Origin: Candidatus Peregrinibacteria bacterium
GTDB taxonomy: Bacteria > Patescibacteriota > Gracilibacteria > UBA1369 > UBA12463
Direction: 5' to 3'
Assembly (NCBI GenBank): GCA_026395555.1
Contig: JAPLYO010000016.1
Span: 8,412-72,411, forward strand
Length of the DNA stretch: 64,000 nt
Under the pieces are notes generated by a model that worked only from the letters and a program-made list of their open reading frames with translations, had not been told where the DNA came from and searched no databases. Positions 27,590 through 39,347 of this stretch are shown piece by piece; the stretch's first letter is position 1; each line of letters starts with the position of its first letter. The position numbers and the translations under genes were made by a program.

Positions 27590-28948
27590 TCATCCAGCTC
27601 TACACACCCACCACGCCAGCAAAACGTAATACCCAACGACGACATATTTTGTCATGGGTGGCACATCGAACACGCTAAAAGGAAGCCACGAAAAAAAATG
27701 AATGGCAAAGAAGTACCACGATACAAATAAACTCACGCCGCGAGCCAATACAAACGCCAACGGATAGAGTAAGAAGCTCAAAACAAACACTCCGGCCCCA
27801 ATCGTCATCGCGATTGGAATAAACCACACGAATAACAAATTAGTAACCAATCCAATCAAAGGCAACTTTCCAAATGACATCGTAACAGGCAACAAGGCGA
27901 TATATACCGCAAGCGTTCCGGCAAAAGACTCTATCAATCCCGACTCGCGCTCCGGAAACCATTTCGCAACTACCGGCGAGACGTATATCACCCCCACGGT
28001 AGCGAAAAAAGATAATTGGAAACCTTTATCAAACAGCAGCATAGAAGGATCGTACAAAACCATGGCAAATCCGCTCCATAAGAGAATAAGGGTCATATCC
28101 TTCACTCGGCCCAGTCCGGCCGCCCACACACCCAAAAAACCCATAATCGCCGCCCTCACCGCCGACGCCTGAAATCCAACAAGTCCGATAAAGACTAAGA
28201 GCAAAAATCCAAATACGGCAAATCTCCATTTTCGCCGTACCGGAATCACCGCCACCCCCAACTGCAACAAGAGCGAAACATTATATCCGGAAACGGCAAG
28301 AATATGCGATAAACCAGTCCTTCGGAAATCCCCCTTCACCTCATCGCTTAGCCCTCTCTCCCCTCCTGCCAGAATCCCCACCATAAAAGCGCCGACACTT
28401 TCAGGGAATAACCCCTGCATTCGAACAACGAAATATCGGCGCACACTCGCCAGTATTCCGAAAAACCCTGTCGGCTCATGTACCGAAAGAATCTTCCCGG
28501 GCTGCATTTTCACATATGACGTCTCGTACCGAATATCCTCAATAATTTTTCCTCGAATACGTACACTATCCCCTCTCCATAATTCCATACTCACTGGGAC
28601 AGAAATTTCAACATCACCCAAGCCATCAATATTCACCGTAATCCTCTGCCCAGAACCCGCCACCTTCGGATCACTCGTCAACTTTCCCTCAAGCTCTACC
28701 TCACCTAGACGAATCACCCTCTGAACCGCATCCTGATGCCTCATCGTCACCCAACCACTTCGCGCGTAGCCACAAAAAAATCCAAAAAGAATGAGAAGAA
28801 AAAGATAAACAATTCCCTTTCTCGACCAATCAAACCATCTATAGCAAATCGAGAAAAACATCACGCACAGCACGACCATCATGCCAAAATACATTCCTTC
28901 ATACCATCCTATTACTCCGCAGAAAAAAGCCATAAAAAAAGTCCCCAT
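27590..28948 (-). CDS. comEC: ComEC/Rec2 competence protein (no beta-lactamase domain)
   Basis: TGLSHILAVSGYN, SAVRAAIM, GFQLSFFAT. Confidence 0.93.
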   Translation of the reverse strand: MGTFFMAFFCGVIGWYEGMYFGMMVVLCVMFFSICYRWFDWSRKGIVYLFLLILFGFFCGYARSGWVTMRHQDAVQRVIRLGEVELEGKLTSDPKVAGSGQRITVNIDGLGDVEISVPVSMELWRGDSVRIRGKIIEDIRYETSYVKMQPGKILSVHEPTGFFGILASVRRYFVVRMQGLFPESVGAFMVGILAGGERGLSDEVKGDFRRTGLSHILAVSGYNVSLLLQLGVAVIPVRRKWRFAVFGFLLLVFIGLVGFQASAVRAAIMGFLGVWAAGLGRVKDMTLILLWSGFAMVLYDPSMLLFDKGFQLSFFATVGVIYVSPVVAKWFPERESGLIESFAGTLAVYIALLPVTMSFGKLPLIGLVTNLLFVWFIPIAMTIGAGVFVLSFLLYPLAFVLARGVSLFVSWYFFAIHFFSWLPFSVFDVPPMTKYVVVGYYVLLAWWVCRAG

Positions 28949-29016
28949 GGAAAGAAATTACCATGGGGACATAACATTTTTCTGACACCAACATACTCCA
29001 AAGAGCTTTAGAAAAA

Positions 29017-30189
29017 TTACTTCTTTGCAGCAGGAGTTACTTTTTTCACTGCAGGGGCAACATCCTTCACCTCAGGAGCAGGAGCGCTATCGGCCCCAAG
29101 CGTTTGTTGTCCGGAGAGTCCACCAAGCATCCCAAAGAGGTCAAACTCGGTTGAATCAGCAGGAGCAACGGCCGTAACCGCCTTCCCAAAATTCATATAA
29201 GACATATCAAGATTAATATTACCCTTTCCGCTTGATTTGCCATCATCGCTCAAGACCTTATCCATCTTGAGAGAGAGAGAAACTCTATTCAAAATTTCCC
29301 CATCTACAGAAACCCAGTAGGTCAAATGACCGCTGAAATTAGCCAAGAAGTCATCGAGTTTCACGAGATCATCTGCTGTTGGTTCGCTTCCCTTATCCTT
29401 GTTAAATTGAATCATGAACTCTCGAAGTTTCGCATTATCTAGATCAGCAACATAGCGATAGCTATTCAAGCCTCCGATCGTATCGGATCCATCATAGGTA
29501 ATATTTTTTACATAGCCACTAAGGTTCTTAAAAATATTTTCTGCATCCTTGAGGCGCTGAGCTGTAGCATCACCACTATCAGCTACGACAGGAGTCACAG
29601 GAGCTGCGACCACTGGAGTCGGAGTGGTGCCTTTTGCTGATTTTGTTGACGCTGCTGCTGGCGCTGGCGCCGCAGTCGTTGGAGTAGGGGCAGCCCCACC
29701 GAGATACGTATTTATGAGAGACTGCGGAAGAGGAACCTTCCACCACTTACCCAAAGCCTGTGCAACGTACTCTTTTGGAATTTCGGCAGCAGGGCCTGTT
29801 AAACCATTAAGAATGGCGAATACAGACTGCTTATTGGCACGCAACTCCGTATCGAGAGAGTACTTATCCTGATTAACCGTCATCGTACCCTTAATCTTTG
29901 AATTAAGAACAGGTGCAGCAGGATCGCTTGTCACATCGCCGTTAGCAGAAAGATCAACCGTCATATTCTGAGCCTTTCCCTCGGTATCTTTACCCAAAAG
30001 CGTGGCATCAAACTTCAACTGATACTCAGCCGACATCTTCGAGGCGAAATTCGTAATACCCGCCTGCAACATGGCTATTGGTTCTTTCGTAGGCTTCGGA
30101 GAAAACCAGGTACAACCAGACAATCCAAGTGCCAATGCCGCCACCGTACCAATCGCTAATACTTTTCTTGCGTTATCTGTTCGTGACAT
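29017..30189 (-). CDS. Putative lipoprotein, LolA/LppX-like beta-rich fold
   Basis: Lipobox LSGC; beta-rich body, Ala/Pro-rich insert, C-terminal YMNFGKAVTAVAP pattern. Confidence 0.7.
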   Translation of the reverse strand: MSRTDNARKVLAIGTVAALALGLSGCTWFSPKPTKEPIAMLQAGITNFASKMSAEYQLKFDATLLGKDTEGKAQNMTVDLSANGDVTSDPAAPVLNSKIKGTMTVNQDKYSLDTELRANKQSVFAILNGLTGPAAEIPKEYVAQALGKWWKVPLPQSLINTYLGGAAPTPTTAAPAPAAASTKSAKGTTPTPVVAAPVTPVVADSGDATAQRLKDAENIFKNLSGYVKNITYDGSDTIGGLNSYRYVADLDNAKLREFMIQFNKDKGSEPTADDLVKLDDFLANFSGHLTYWVSVDGEILNRVSLSLKMDKVLSDDGKSSGKGNINLDMSYMNFGKAVTAVAPADSTEFDLFGMLGGLSGQQTLGADSAPAPEVKDVAPAVKKVTPAAKK

Positions 30190-30319
30190 AAGAAAAAATA
30201 AGAATATAAAAAGGAAATAAGCCTTCCGATCTTACCACAATGCGAGAAATTCTCAACAAATGTACAAAAAAGATTATTCAAGTATAATGCAAGCTGTAAC
30301 ATTCATAACAATCACTTTC

Positions 30320-30766
30320 ATGACACTCAAGGAACAACTTCAGCAAGATCTTATCGCGTCGATGAAGGCAAAAGATGAGGTAACTACCGGCGCCATTCGC
30401 TTGATAAAAGCGGCTATCCTCCGCCTCGAAACCGCAGGTGAGAAAAAAATCGCTACCGACGAAGACGTTATTCAAATCATTGGAAAAGAAATCAAACAGA
30501 GAAAAGATTCCATCGAACAGTTTGAAAAAGGCAATCGTCCGGAACTCGCTGAAAAAGAAAAACTCGAGATGGCCGTATTGGAAAAATACCTTCCTGCTCA
30601 ACTTTCCGAAGAAGAAATTCGCACCATCGTCAAAGAAGTAATCACCTCAACCGGCGCCACCGGCAAGTCAGATCTCGGCAAAGTTATGGGCGCTCTCATG
30701 CCACGCACCAAAGGCAAGGCCGACGGAGGAATGGTAAACAAGATCGTACAGGAGCTCTTGAGCTAA
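30320..30766 (+). CDS. GatB/YqeY domain protein
   Basis: Start MTLKEQLQQDL at 30320; KQRKDSIEQF, YLPAQLSEEE, GKVMG, GKADG. Confidence 0.95.
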   Translation: MTLKEQLQQDLIASMKAKDEVTTGAIRLIKAAILRLETAGEKKIATDEDVIQIIGKEIKQRKDSIEQFEKGNRPELAEKEKLEMAVLEKYLPAQLSEEEIRTIVKEVITSTGATGKSDLGKVMGALMPRTKGKADGGMVNKIVQELLS

Positions 30767-30790
30767 AATTACGTAAGAAGAAACGGAACA

Positions 30791-30822
30791 AAAAAAGAGG
30801 TGAAATATTCACCTCATTTTTT
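30791..30822. terminator. Bidirectional intrinsic terminator between the YqeY gene and groL
   Basis: A-tract, GAGGTGA-aatat-TCACCTC stem-loop, T-tract. Confidence 0.8.
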
Positions 30823-30848
30823 GATTGTTCGTATAAAAATCTTTAAAC

Positions 30849-32522
<1,674 letters not shown>

Positions 32523-32576
32523 TTAATGATGAATAAAAAACGGAAACAAATACAAAATTTTTCTTCGAAAAATTCT

Positions 32577-32873
32577 TTAGCCTACAATCGCCAAAACATC
32601 GCCCTGATTCAAAATCAAAAGCTCTTCACCCTCAATCTTGACCTCGCTTGGGCCATATTTAGAAAAGAGAATCTTATCTCCAACCTTTACCTCCATGGCC
32701 AATCGCTTGCCCTCATCCGTCATCTTGCCCGGACCCACAGCTACCACCTCGCCCATCTGCGGACGTTCCTTGGAAGCCGTCGCCGGAATAAAAATTCCTG
32801 ATTTCGTCTTCTCCTCACCGACATCAGCCTTCACGATAATATGATCTTCCGTAGGTTTAAGTTGCGTAGCCAT
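32577..32873 (-). CDS. groS: Co-chaperonin GroES
   Basis: KTKSGIFIP, GEVVAVGPG, VKVGDKILF; upstream of groL. Confidence 0.98.
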   Translation of the reverse strand: MATQLKPTEDHIIVKADVGEEKTKSGIFIPATASKERPQMGEVVAVGPGKMTDEGKRLAMEVKVGDKILFSKYGPSEVKIEGEELLILNQGDVLAIVG

Positions 32874-33059
32874 GTGATGAAATTGTTAATAAATGCATCT
32901 GGATGCCAATTGTACAGTAAAAAATCCTCCAGTCAATAAGGGTAATCAGAGGACCAGTGGCAAGAACTTGAGGAATCCTGCCTAAAGCTATCCATCATCT
33001 AACGCATAGCATCACAAAAAGGCGAAGAGAATGATTCCTCTTTTTTTTCTTTTGCTAAA

Positions 33060-34376
33060 TTAAAGCTTTACCCCAAATTGTGCCTCCATATACATCCTAA
33101 GCGTCTTAACATCAAAAGTATCATTGAGCGCTTTAGGCGAAAAAGTAATCACCCCCCTGTAGCCATAATGACCTGCCCTATTAGCTAAATCTTTAGCGTG
33201 GGCAGACCCGCAAACTAAAAATGTCATGTTACTTGGAGAGGAAAATTTTCCACTCTCGCCCAGATATGCATCCTGCAATCGGCCTAGCCATAATTGATCT
33301 CTAAGATGAACCAACATATCTTTCATAGCCTCATCCATAGAAGCATCCATAAGTCTAATTAAATCTCTCTTTGTAATTTTTCTAGATGATAACTGCCTAA
33401 GCTCAGCCTGCATCTGTTCTCTCTTCTCAGGATTTTGCATCATCTCTTGAAACATGAGTGCCAATTTCTTTCCGACATATTGAAGCGTATGAGTATTCTC
33501 AAGTCCCAGCGTGTACACCTCTTCACCTAAGGCACCCTCAAGTGCCTGACTACTCGACAAAATCTTCCCCTGCTTAATGTCTTCTCTATAATCACTAGCA
33601 GATTTTTTTGGCATATCAGCACCCTGTCGAACTTCACCTTCAGCGCCCTCAAAACCCACAAGAGAAATCATTTTTTTCAACTCCATCAAGGCATCAAAAT
33701 TATTTCGAAGTATCCCAGCGTCATAATGCATCTCAGGCAATAGAACGAGAACTGGCCCTTTTTTGGCAAGACTTTGATATGTAACACTACCATGCTTTTT
33801 TAATACACTAACAGCTTCCAAAATATCCTTTTCCGAAACATCATGTTGCTCCATCTCCCTAATTCTAATAGTCTCTTCCATGACTCCGTATACACCCATC
33901 TTACTTGCAGCCATCTTCTCTCCTTCATAGTTTAAAAAACCTTCCGTTTTTTTATTTTCCACAGTCGAATATCTCCTTCGTAAGCCAAATTGATCAATAG
34001 ACCGTTCGTCAATTTGCAATGCAAATCCAACAATATCTGAAAGCTTAGAACAAGCTACTCTAATCGACGCGCTATTTAATCCATCAAGAGATTTAACCGT
34101 AATATCGATGAGATCCTGAGATTCCTTCAAAATTTTCTTTCCCGTTGGGGATAATTCCCCATTCGTACCAGAGAAATATACCTTAGCTTTTTCTGCGAGA
34201 ATATTTTTTGCCTCGGCCTGCTGCTCTGTTATAAATGCAAAAAGGTCGGCCCGTGTATTAATTCCTTGATCGTTAACACGATCAATGGTCTCATTCCTGA
34301 GGTCACTCGCCTCCTGAGAATCAATAACATTTTTACGGTTCACGGCAATGATCTGAGATTCCTGACTATCTGGCAT
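33060..34376 (-). CDS. Hypothetical protein with C-terminal EreA/ChaN/Tiki(TraB)-like domain
   Basis: Ordered motifs VLLPEMH, VGFEG, LGLEN, RDQLW, LVCGSAH. Confidence 0.55.
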   Translation of the reverse strand: MPDSQESQIIAVNRKNVIDSQEASDLRNETIDRVNDQGINTRADLFAFITEQQAEAKNILAEKAKVYFSGTNGELSPTGKKILKESQDLIDITVKSLDGLNSASIRVACSKLSDIVGFALQIDERSIDQFGLRRRYSTVENKKTEGFLNYEGEKMAASKMGVYGVMEETIRIREMEQHDVSEKDILEAVSVLKKHGSVTYQSLAKKGPVLVLLPEMHYDAGILRNNFDALMELKKMISLVGFEGAEGEVRQGADMPKKSASDYREDIKQGKILSSSQALEGALGEEVYTLGLENTHTLQYVGKKLALMFQEMMQNPEKREQMQAELRQLSSRKITKRDLIRLMDASMDEAMKDMLVHLRDQLWLGRLQDAYLGESGKFSSPSNMTFLVCGSAHAKDLANRAGHYGYRGVITFSPKALNDTFDVKTLRMYMEAQFGVKL

Positions 34377-34675
34377 TATGAAATTTTGTCTAATAAAATA
34401 GCAAGATTCGTATCTTCATCGATCCTATTTGCCTTTTCTAATTTCATACGAAGCAACTTCTCTGCGTTTTTTTTGGCGATAGAAATGATTGGCTTCGTTT
34501 CATCCATGATAAAGTCAATAATAACCTGTTCTAACCCAACGAGACGCAAAATTTCAATAAACTGATCATTGCTAAACGATGCCCATTTCTCTTGCAATTT
34601 CTCCTGAGAATTCCGAGCAAGACTCTGGAAAAATGCAGTTTGTATAAGGAAATCCCAAATAATTTCTTTATTCAT
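34376..34675 (-). CDS. Small hypothetical helical protein, translationally coupled to the downstream gene
   Basis: 99-aa ORF whose stop overlaps the next start (TAATG). Confidence 0.65.
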   Translation of the reverse strand: MNKEIIWDFLIQTAFFQSLARNSQEKLQEKWASFSNDQFIEILRLVGLEQVIIDFIMDETKPIISIAKKNAEKLLRMKLEKANRIDEDTNLAILLDKIS

Positions 34676-34694
34676 AAGCTTTTGTAATATTTCA

Positions 34695-35435
34695 CTACAA
34701 CAACGTCGGCGTCCCCAACTTATTATTCATACACAAATCCAACGTATACATAAGATCCTCATTTTGCTCGCCTACAGGTTTCTGCTTTTCACTCGTATGG
34801 AGCCAGGTGATATATCCTCGATCCATTGCTCGAACCTCATCGAAGGTCTTCCCCTTATATTTCCCAAAGGCAAATGTCGTCATCGGAACCGGAGCATAGG
34901 TTAGCTCTAACATCTTGCTAATAACATCATCATCGGTAGTGCATGAAAATTTTTCCTTCACGACATTCGTCAAATGGTTAAACAATGCCTCGAGCACGAG
35001 CACATCCCCCATCGCATCATGCGCCGTTACCTGAACCGTATTAAGATGCAATGAATAACGAAGGTACTGCAAATTATACTGATCGCTCTGAATCAGATGC
35101 TTCGACACGCGTAACGTATCAATATAGGTACTTATTTCCACTCCTTCATTTTTTAAAATTCCCACATCAAACGGAGCGTTATGCGCCACGCAAATGGTCT
35201 CACTCAGAAGTTGCACGAGCTGAGTGTATTGCGCACTGTCGGCAAAGGCCGGCTTGTCCGCAACCATCTCATTTGTAATGTGATGAACCGCCATTGATCC
35301 ATAAGAAATGGCGACAGGTGGCTTGAAATAAGCATTCACCTCCTCGCCCGTTAGTCCATTTTTGTAGGCTAACTGCACCAATCGCGACTGTGGTTCTATG
35401 CCGGTAGTTTCGGTATCAAGAAAAAGTGTTCGCAT
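34695..35435 (-). CDS. DEDDh 3'-5' exonuclease (ExoX/DnaQ-like) with C-terminal FGKYKG domain
   Basis: FLDTETTG, AHNAPFD, AHDAMGD; FAFGKYKG...YITWL. Confidence 0.92.
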   Translation of the reverse strand: MRTLFLDTETTGIEPQSRLVQLAYKNGLTGEEVNAYFKPPVAISYGSMAVHHITNEMVADKPAFADSAQYTQLVQLLSETICVAHNAPFDVGILKNEGVEISTYIDTLRVSKHLIQSDQYNLQYLRYSLHLNTVQVTAHDAMGDVLVLEALFNHLTNVVKEKFSCTTDDDVISKMLELTYAPVPMTTFAFGKYKGKTFDEVRAMDRGYITWLHTSEKQKPVGEQNEDLMYTLDLCMNNKLGTPTLL

Positions 35436-35462
35436 GAGGAGAGTTTAAAAACTAAAACGACT

Positions 35463-36989
35463 TTAATCCGCCGTAGCTTCTCTTCTCACCTCTCGGATCA
35501 CGTTAACCTTGATAGGATTTGGGTGTTGGAAATCACGTTCGATCTTGCGAGCCACATCATGGGATAATCTCTTGGAGCCAAGATCGTCCAAGTCGTCAGC
35601 GTTTACAAAGATTCGAACTTCATTTCCGGCCTGCAATGCATATGCCTTCTTTACACCCGTGAAGGACATGCAAAGGTTTTCGAGCTCCTGCATACGACGA
35701 ATGAAGGTATCTAGATTTTCTTTACCGGCACCTGGACGACCATTCGCGATTAAGTTCGCAGCCTCAACAAGCATAGCTTCAACAGATTTTGCCTCAATAT
35801 TTCCATCATGCGCTTCGATCGCATGAACGATATCAGCCGTGAGACCAAACTTTTTGGCGATCTCGGCACCAATCTTCACATGGTTTCCCTGAATCTCATG
35901 GTCAACCGCCTTTCCAATATCATGGAGCAAGCCGGCCTTCTTGCAGACATTCACGTCAGCACCAAGTTCAGCAGCCAAAGCACCAGCGATGAATGCAACC
36001 TCCATAGAGTGTTTCAAAACGTTCTGACCATAGCTCAAACGGAACTTCAAGCGACCAAGCAACTTGACCAAGTTAGGGTGAAGTCCGGTAACGCCGGCAT
36101 CAAACACCGCCTTCTCACCAATCTCCTTAATAAGATTATTAACGTCTTCCTTTACCTTCTCATAAGTCTCCTCAATTCTGGCCGGGTGAATACGACCATC
36201 AACGATCAAACGCTCCAAAGTCATCTTCGCAATATAACGTCGAATCATATCAAAACCACTAATGACGATCGAACCCGGAGTATCATCAACGATGACATCG
36301 ATACCAGTAATCTGCTCAAAAGTATTAATATTCCTACCCTCACGTCCGATAATTCTTCCCTTCAGATCATCGCTTGGCAGGTTAACGATCGTAACCGTAG
36401 ACTCAGAAGTCACATCGGCCGCAACACGCTGAATAGCGTCAGCGATCAAATATCGAGCTTTTTCCTGAGCTTTTTCCTTAAGTTCTTTCTCGGACTTTTC
36501 AATTTGAGCCAAAAGATCTTCTTTTGACTCCTCCTCAACCTGCTTCAAAAGCATCTCCTTCGCCTGCTCCGGTGTAAGGGCGGCAATCTTCTGAAGTTGC
36601 TGAGCCTGTGCGTTGTATACTTTTTCCACCTCCTCGCGAATCGTCTTCACGGAAGCAATTTTTTGCTCGAGTTCAGTCTTGGCCTTCTCGGTCTCATCCA
36701 TCTTCTTATCAAGAGACTCCTCCTTCTTCGTAAGTCTCTCCTCCATTTTCTGAAGCTGCTCATGTTTCGCTCTCTCCTCTCGCTTCACCTCTTCCTGCAT
36801 CTTGATGGACTCAGTTTTTGCCTCCATCACCATCTCCTTGGCCTTCATATTGGCCTCGTTAAGCATTCGCTCGGTCGCATCAGCGACCTCGCGATCCTTC
36901 TTCGTCAAAAAAACTTTGCGTATAGCAAAACCGCTAGCGCCTCCTATAATCAGCCCGACAAGGGCTAGTAACAATGTTAATGCGTCCAT
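35463..36989 (-). CDS. rny: Ribonuclease Y
   Basis: N-terminal TM, coiled coil, KH motif KGRIIGREGRNI, HD motif LLHDIGKA. Confidence 0.98.
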   Translation of the reverse strand: MDALTLLLALVGLIIGGASGFAIRKVFLTKKDREVADATERMLNEANMKAKEMVMEAKTESIKMQEEVKREERAKHEQLQKMEERLTKKEESLDKKMDETEKAKTELEQKIASVKTIREEVEKVYNAQAQQLQKIAALTPEQAKEMLLKQVEEESKEDLLAQIEKSEKELKEKAQEKARYLIADAIQRVAADVTSESTVTIVNLPSDDLKGRIIGREGRNINTFEQITGIDVIVDDTPGSIVISGFDMIRRYIAKMTLERLIVDGRIHPARIEETYEKVKEDVNNLIKEIGEKAVFDAGVTGLHPNLVKLLGRLKFRLSYGQNVLKHSMEVAFIAGALAAELGADVNVCKKAGLLHDIGKAVDHEIQGNHVKIGAEIAKKFGLTADIVHAIEAHDGNIEAKSVEAMLVEAANLIANGRPGAGKENLDTFIRRMQELENLCMSFTGVKKAYALQAGNEVRIFVNADDLDDLGSKRLSHDVARKIERDFQHPNPIKVNVIREVRREATAD

Positions 36990-37021
36990 AAAAAAGTAAA
37001 CGTTAGATCATATAGAATCTT

Positions 37022-37196
37022 GCGTTCACATTTATATACCTACATCAAAGACTACACGCTCCGGCCGAGAATTTTGGTAAAATCTCGTAAATCTAGCCTG
37101 GCTCGAAATGCGTCGCCTTGCAGTGAAACATCGATATTTGAAGCTAAACGGATGTGAATAATGGTCATTTGATTGAGAAATGATAAACGTGAAACA
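37022..37196 (-). ncRNA. Candidate 6S RNA (ssrS-like) or structured rny leader
   Basis: Nested long-range pairings: 37025-37035 with 37183-37193, 37044-37052 with 37164-37173, 37055-37063 with 37149-37156, 37092-37097 with 37143-37148, 37103-37110 with 37129-37134; side hairpin 37066-37087. Two mismatches become G-U on the minus strand. Has its own promoter and lies directly upstream of rny. Confidence 0.6.
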
Positions 37197-37201
37197 GTCG
37201 T

Positions 37202-37230
37202 AGGGTACCAAATTTTCCCTCCCCCGTCAA
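37202..37230 (-). promoter_or_regulatory. Sigma70 promoter for the candidate RNA and rny
   Basis: TTGACG, 17 bp, extended -10 TGnTACCCT; predicted start (~37195) coincides with the 5' end of the closing stem. Confidence 0.65.
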
Positions 37231-37364
37231 CGCTGGCACCCCTCAAAGCTGAAAGATACAAAGTCTGTCAGAAAAATAGCAAGAATTATTCAACCAAAAG
37301 TCAGGGAATTGTTAATTTCAGGGTGTAGCCTTGAGATACTTTTTTATATTTTAAAGCTAAAAAC

Positions 37365-39347
37365 ATGAAAAAAATAATTTCACCCGTAGTTCTCACTCTT
37401 CTTATAAGCCTTCTCCTTCCCTCCTTTTCGCCTGAAGTCAAAGCTGAAACAAGCTGCGGAACAACAACTCCACAAGTTACTCTCAGCGAATTCAGCTTCA
37501 ACAACACAGTGAATGACTTTGTGGAACTGACCGTAATAGACGATGGAAATCATGGATTAGGACAAATTTTGGACAATTATGCGATAACTTCTATAGACGC
37601 AAATGTAAAAAAGATTCCTACCATGACTGTCAAGACGGGTGACAGATTGAAGTTCGACGATATTCCCAACCTTACCGCTACTACCGACCAGCTCGTCCTC
37701 ACTCATAATAACGAATATATCGATGCTGTTTGCTGGGCCAGCGCTACTCCGACTGATCAAGAAAAGAGCGACTTTGCAAAGCTAACTGAATCAAAAAACT
37801 GGAATGGAACCATCGAGACCTGCCTCTCAAGCATCAACCTCGAGAAGAATACCAGCTTCAAAAGAAAACCAAACGCCGATACGAACTCAGCGACCGATTG
37901 GGAAATACTATCTCCTACTTCAGCTACGCCAATCACCACGAATCCAGTCCAACCAACAACAGAATCAACCGTATCATCCAACTCACCCGTCGCGACAAAT
38001 GAAATTATGATCAACGAATTTCTCCCTGACCCCGAGGGAAGCGATGATGGCAATGAGTGGATCGAGCTGAAAAATACGAGCGATCATGCCGTCTCTCTCC
38101 TTGGTTGGCAAATCGACGATGAAGATGGAGGAAGCAAGCCATACGCACTTGGAGACATTACCGTTGGAGCCGAGAGCTTTCTTCTTCTGAAAAATGATAA
38201 AACAAACATCACGCTCAACAATTCGATTGATGCTGTCAGACTTCTCGATCCATCCGGCTCAGAATACGAAAAAATCCCTTATACAAAAATTGCATCCAAT
38301 CAGAGCTGGGCCCGCACAACATCCAATCAATGGAAGCTTACTAAAACACTCACCCCGGGAGAGGAAAATATTCAATCAGATGAGATTACAGACCCTTCGC
38401 AACTCGCGCCCATCGAGCAAGGAACGCAAAATACCACCATTGAAACCGTCGATCCCACAGTTATCATCTCAGAGATCCTACCAAATCCCACAGGAACCGA
38501 TAATGGAAATGAGTGGATAGAGATTAATAATAAAACAGTAAATCCCGTGTCGCTGGGAGGATGGCGAATTACCAATGGCACAGGGAAAACATTTGTCTTC
38601 TCCTCGAGCACGATTATCCCGGCAAATGGATACATCATTCTTACGGACCAGGAGACAAAAATAACGCTCAAAAATTCCGCCGATCAGATCGAGATACTGG
38701 ATCCAATGGGGCAGATACAAAACTCAATCAGCTACGAGGATGCACCGGAAAACACCTCATTTGCCGAGATTGCCACTATTCCCTTGCCGGAGGAGACCAA
38801 ACCACAGATATCATTTATGAACTGGCTCATCCCCACGGCACATGCCCAATCCTCAAATAGCGCAGAACAAATAATCGATGATGACCGAGAGACATCATGG
38901 GAGTGGACACAGATGATCACCAAGGGCGAACCAAACCCAACGTTTCTAAAAATAAATGGAGTGGTAACCCATGAACCAGACAGTACAAATACGTTCACCA
39001 TCAAGACATCCAAGGAGGAGCTCTTAATCTCGTTCGACCCAAAGAAAACAGATAGGGAAATACTTACATCGGCGCTGAAGCTTGGCGCGACATTGCAGAT
39101 AAAAGCCATAAAAAGAAGCGACGGAACGTTCGTACTCGAAAATTACACCATGCAAAACAAGCAACCATTACAGGATGGAACCTCAAACACCTTGAATTAC
39201 AAAGCACTCGTAATCGCGGGACTACTATTGCTAGGAGCAGCTACGATCACAGCAAAAACGTATCTGAAAAAAACAGAATCTATAGATCATCATGATCTAA
39301 CTGCTTCAGAAGGGGTCGATATTCAGCCTCATATATCTCTGACATAG
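37365..39347 (+). CDS. Secreted lamin-tail-domain (LTD x3) protein with C-terminal TM anchor
   Basis: Signal peptide ending VKA; INEFLPDPEGSDDGNEWIEL and ISEILPNPTGTDNGNEWIEI repeats, TPGEEN; hydrophobic C-terminal segment. Confidence 0.88.
   Translation: MKKIISPVVLTLLISLLLPSFSPEVKAETSCGTTTPQVTLSEFSFNNTVNDFVELTVIDDGNHGLGQILDNYAITSIDANVKKIPTMTVKTGDRLKFDDIPNLTATTDQLVLTHNNEYIDAVCWASATPTDQEKSDFAKLTESKNWNGTIETCLSSINLEKNTSFKRKPNADTNSATDWEILSPTSATPITTNPVQPTTESTVSSNSPVATNEIMINEFLPDPEGSDDGNEWIELKNTSDHAVSLLGWQIDDEDGGSKPYALGDITVGAESFLLLKNDKTNITLNNSIDAVRLLDPSGSEYEKIPYTKIASNQSWARTTSNQWKLTKTLTPGEENIQSDEITDPSQLAPIEQGTQNTTIETVDPTVIISEILPNPTGTDNGNEWIEINNKTVNPVSLGGWRITNGTGKTFVFSSSTIIPANGYIILTDQETKITLKNSADQIEILDPMGQIQNSISYEDAPENTSFAEIATIPLPEETKPQISFMNWLIPTAHAQSSNSAEQIIDDDRETSWEWTQMITKGEPNPTFLKINGVVTHEPDSTNTFTIKTSKEELLISFDPKKTDREILTSALKLGATLQIKAIKRSDGTFVLENYTMQNKQPLQDGTSNTLNYKALVIAGLLLLGAATITAKTYLKKTESIDHHDLTASEGVDIQPHISLT

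Noticed and set aside
39280-39347. 68-bp convergent overlap of the LTD and AI-2E genes
   Set aside because: Both proteins appear complete; short 3' overlaps are common in compact genomes.
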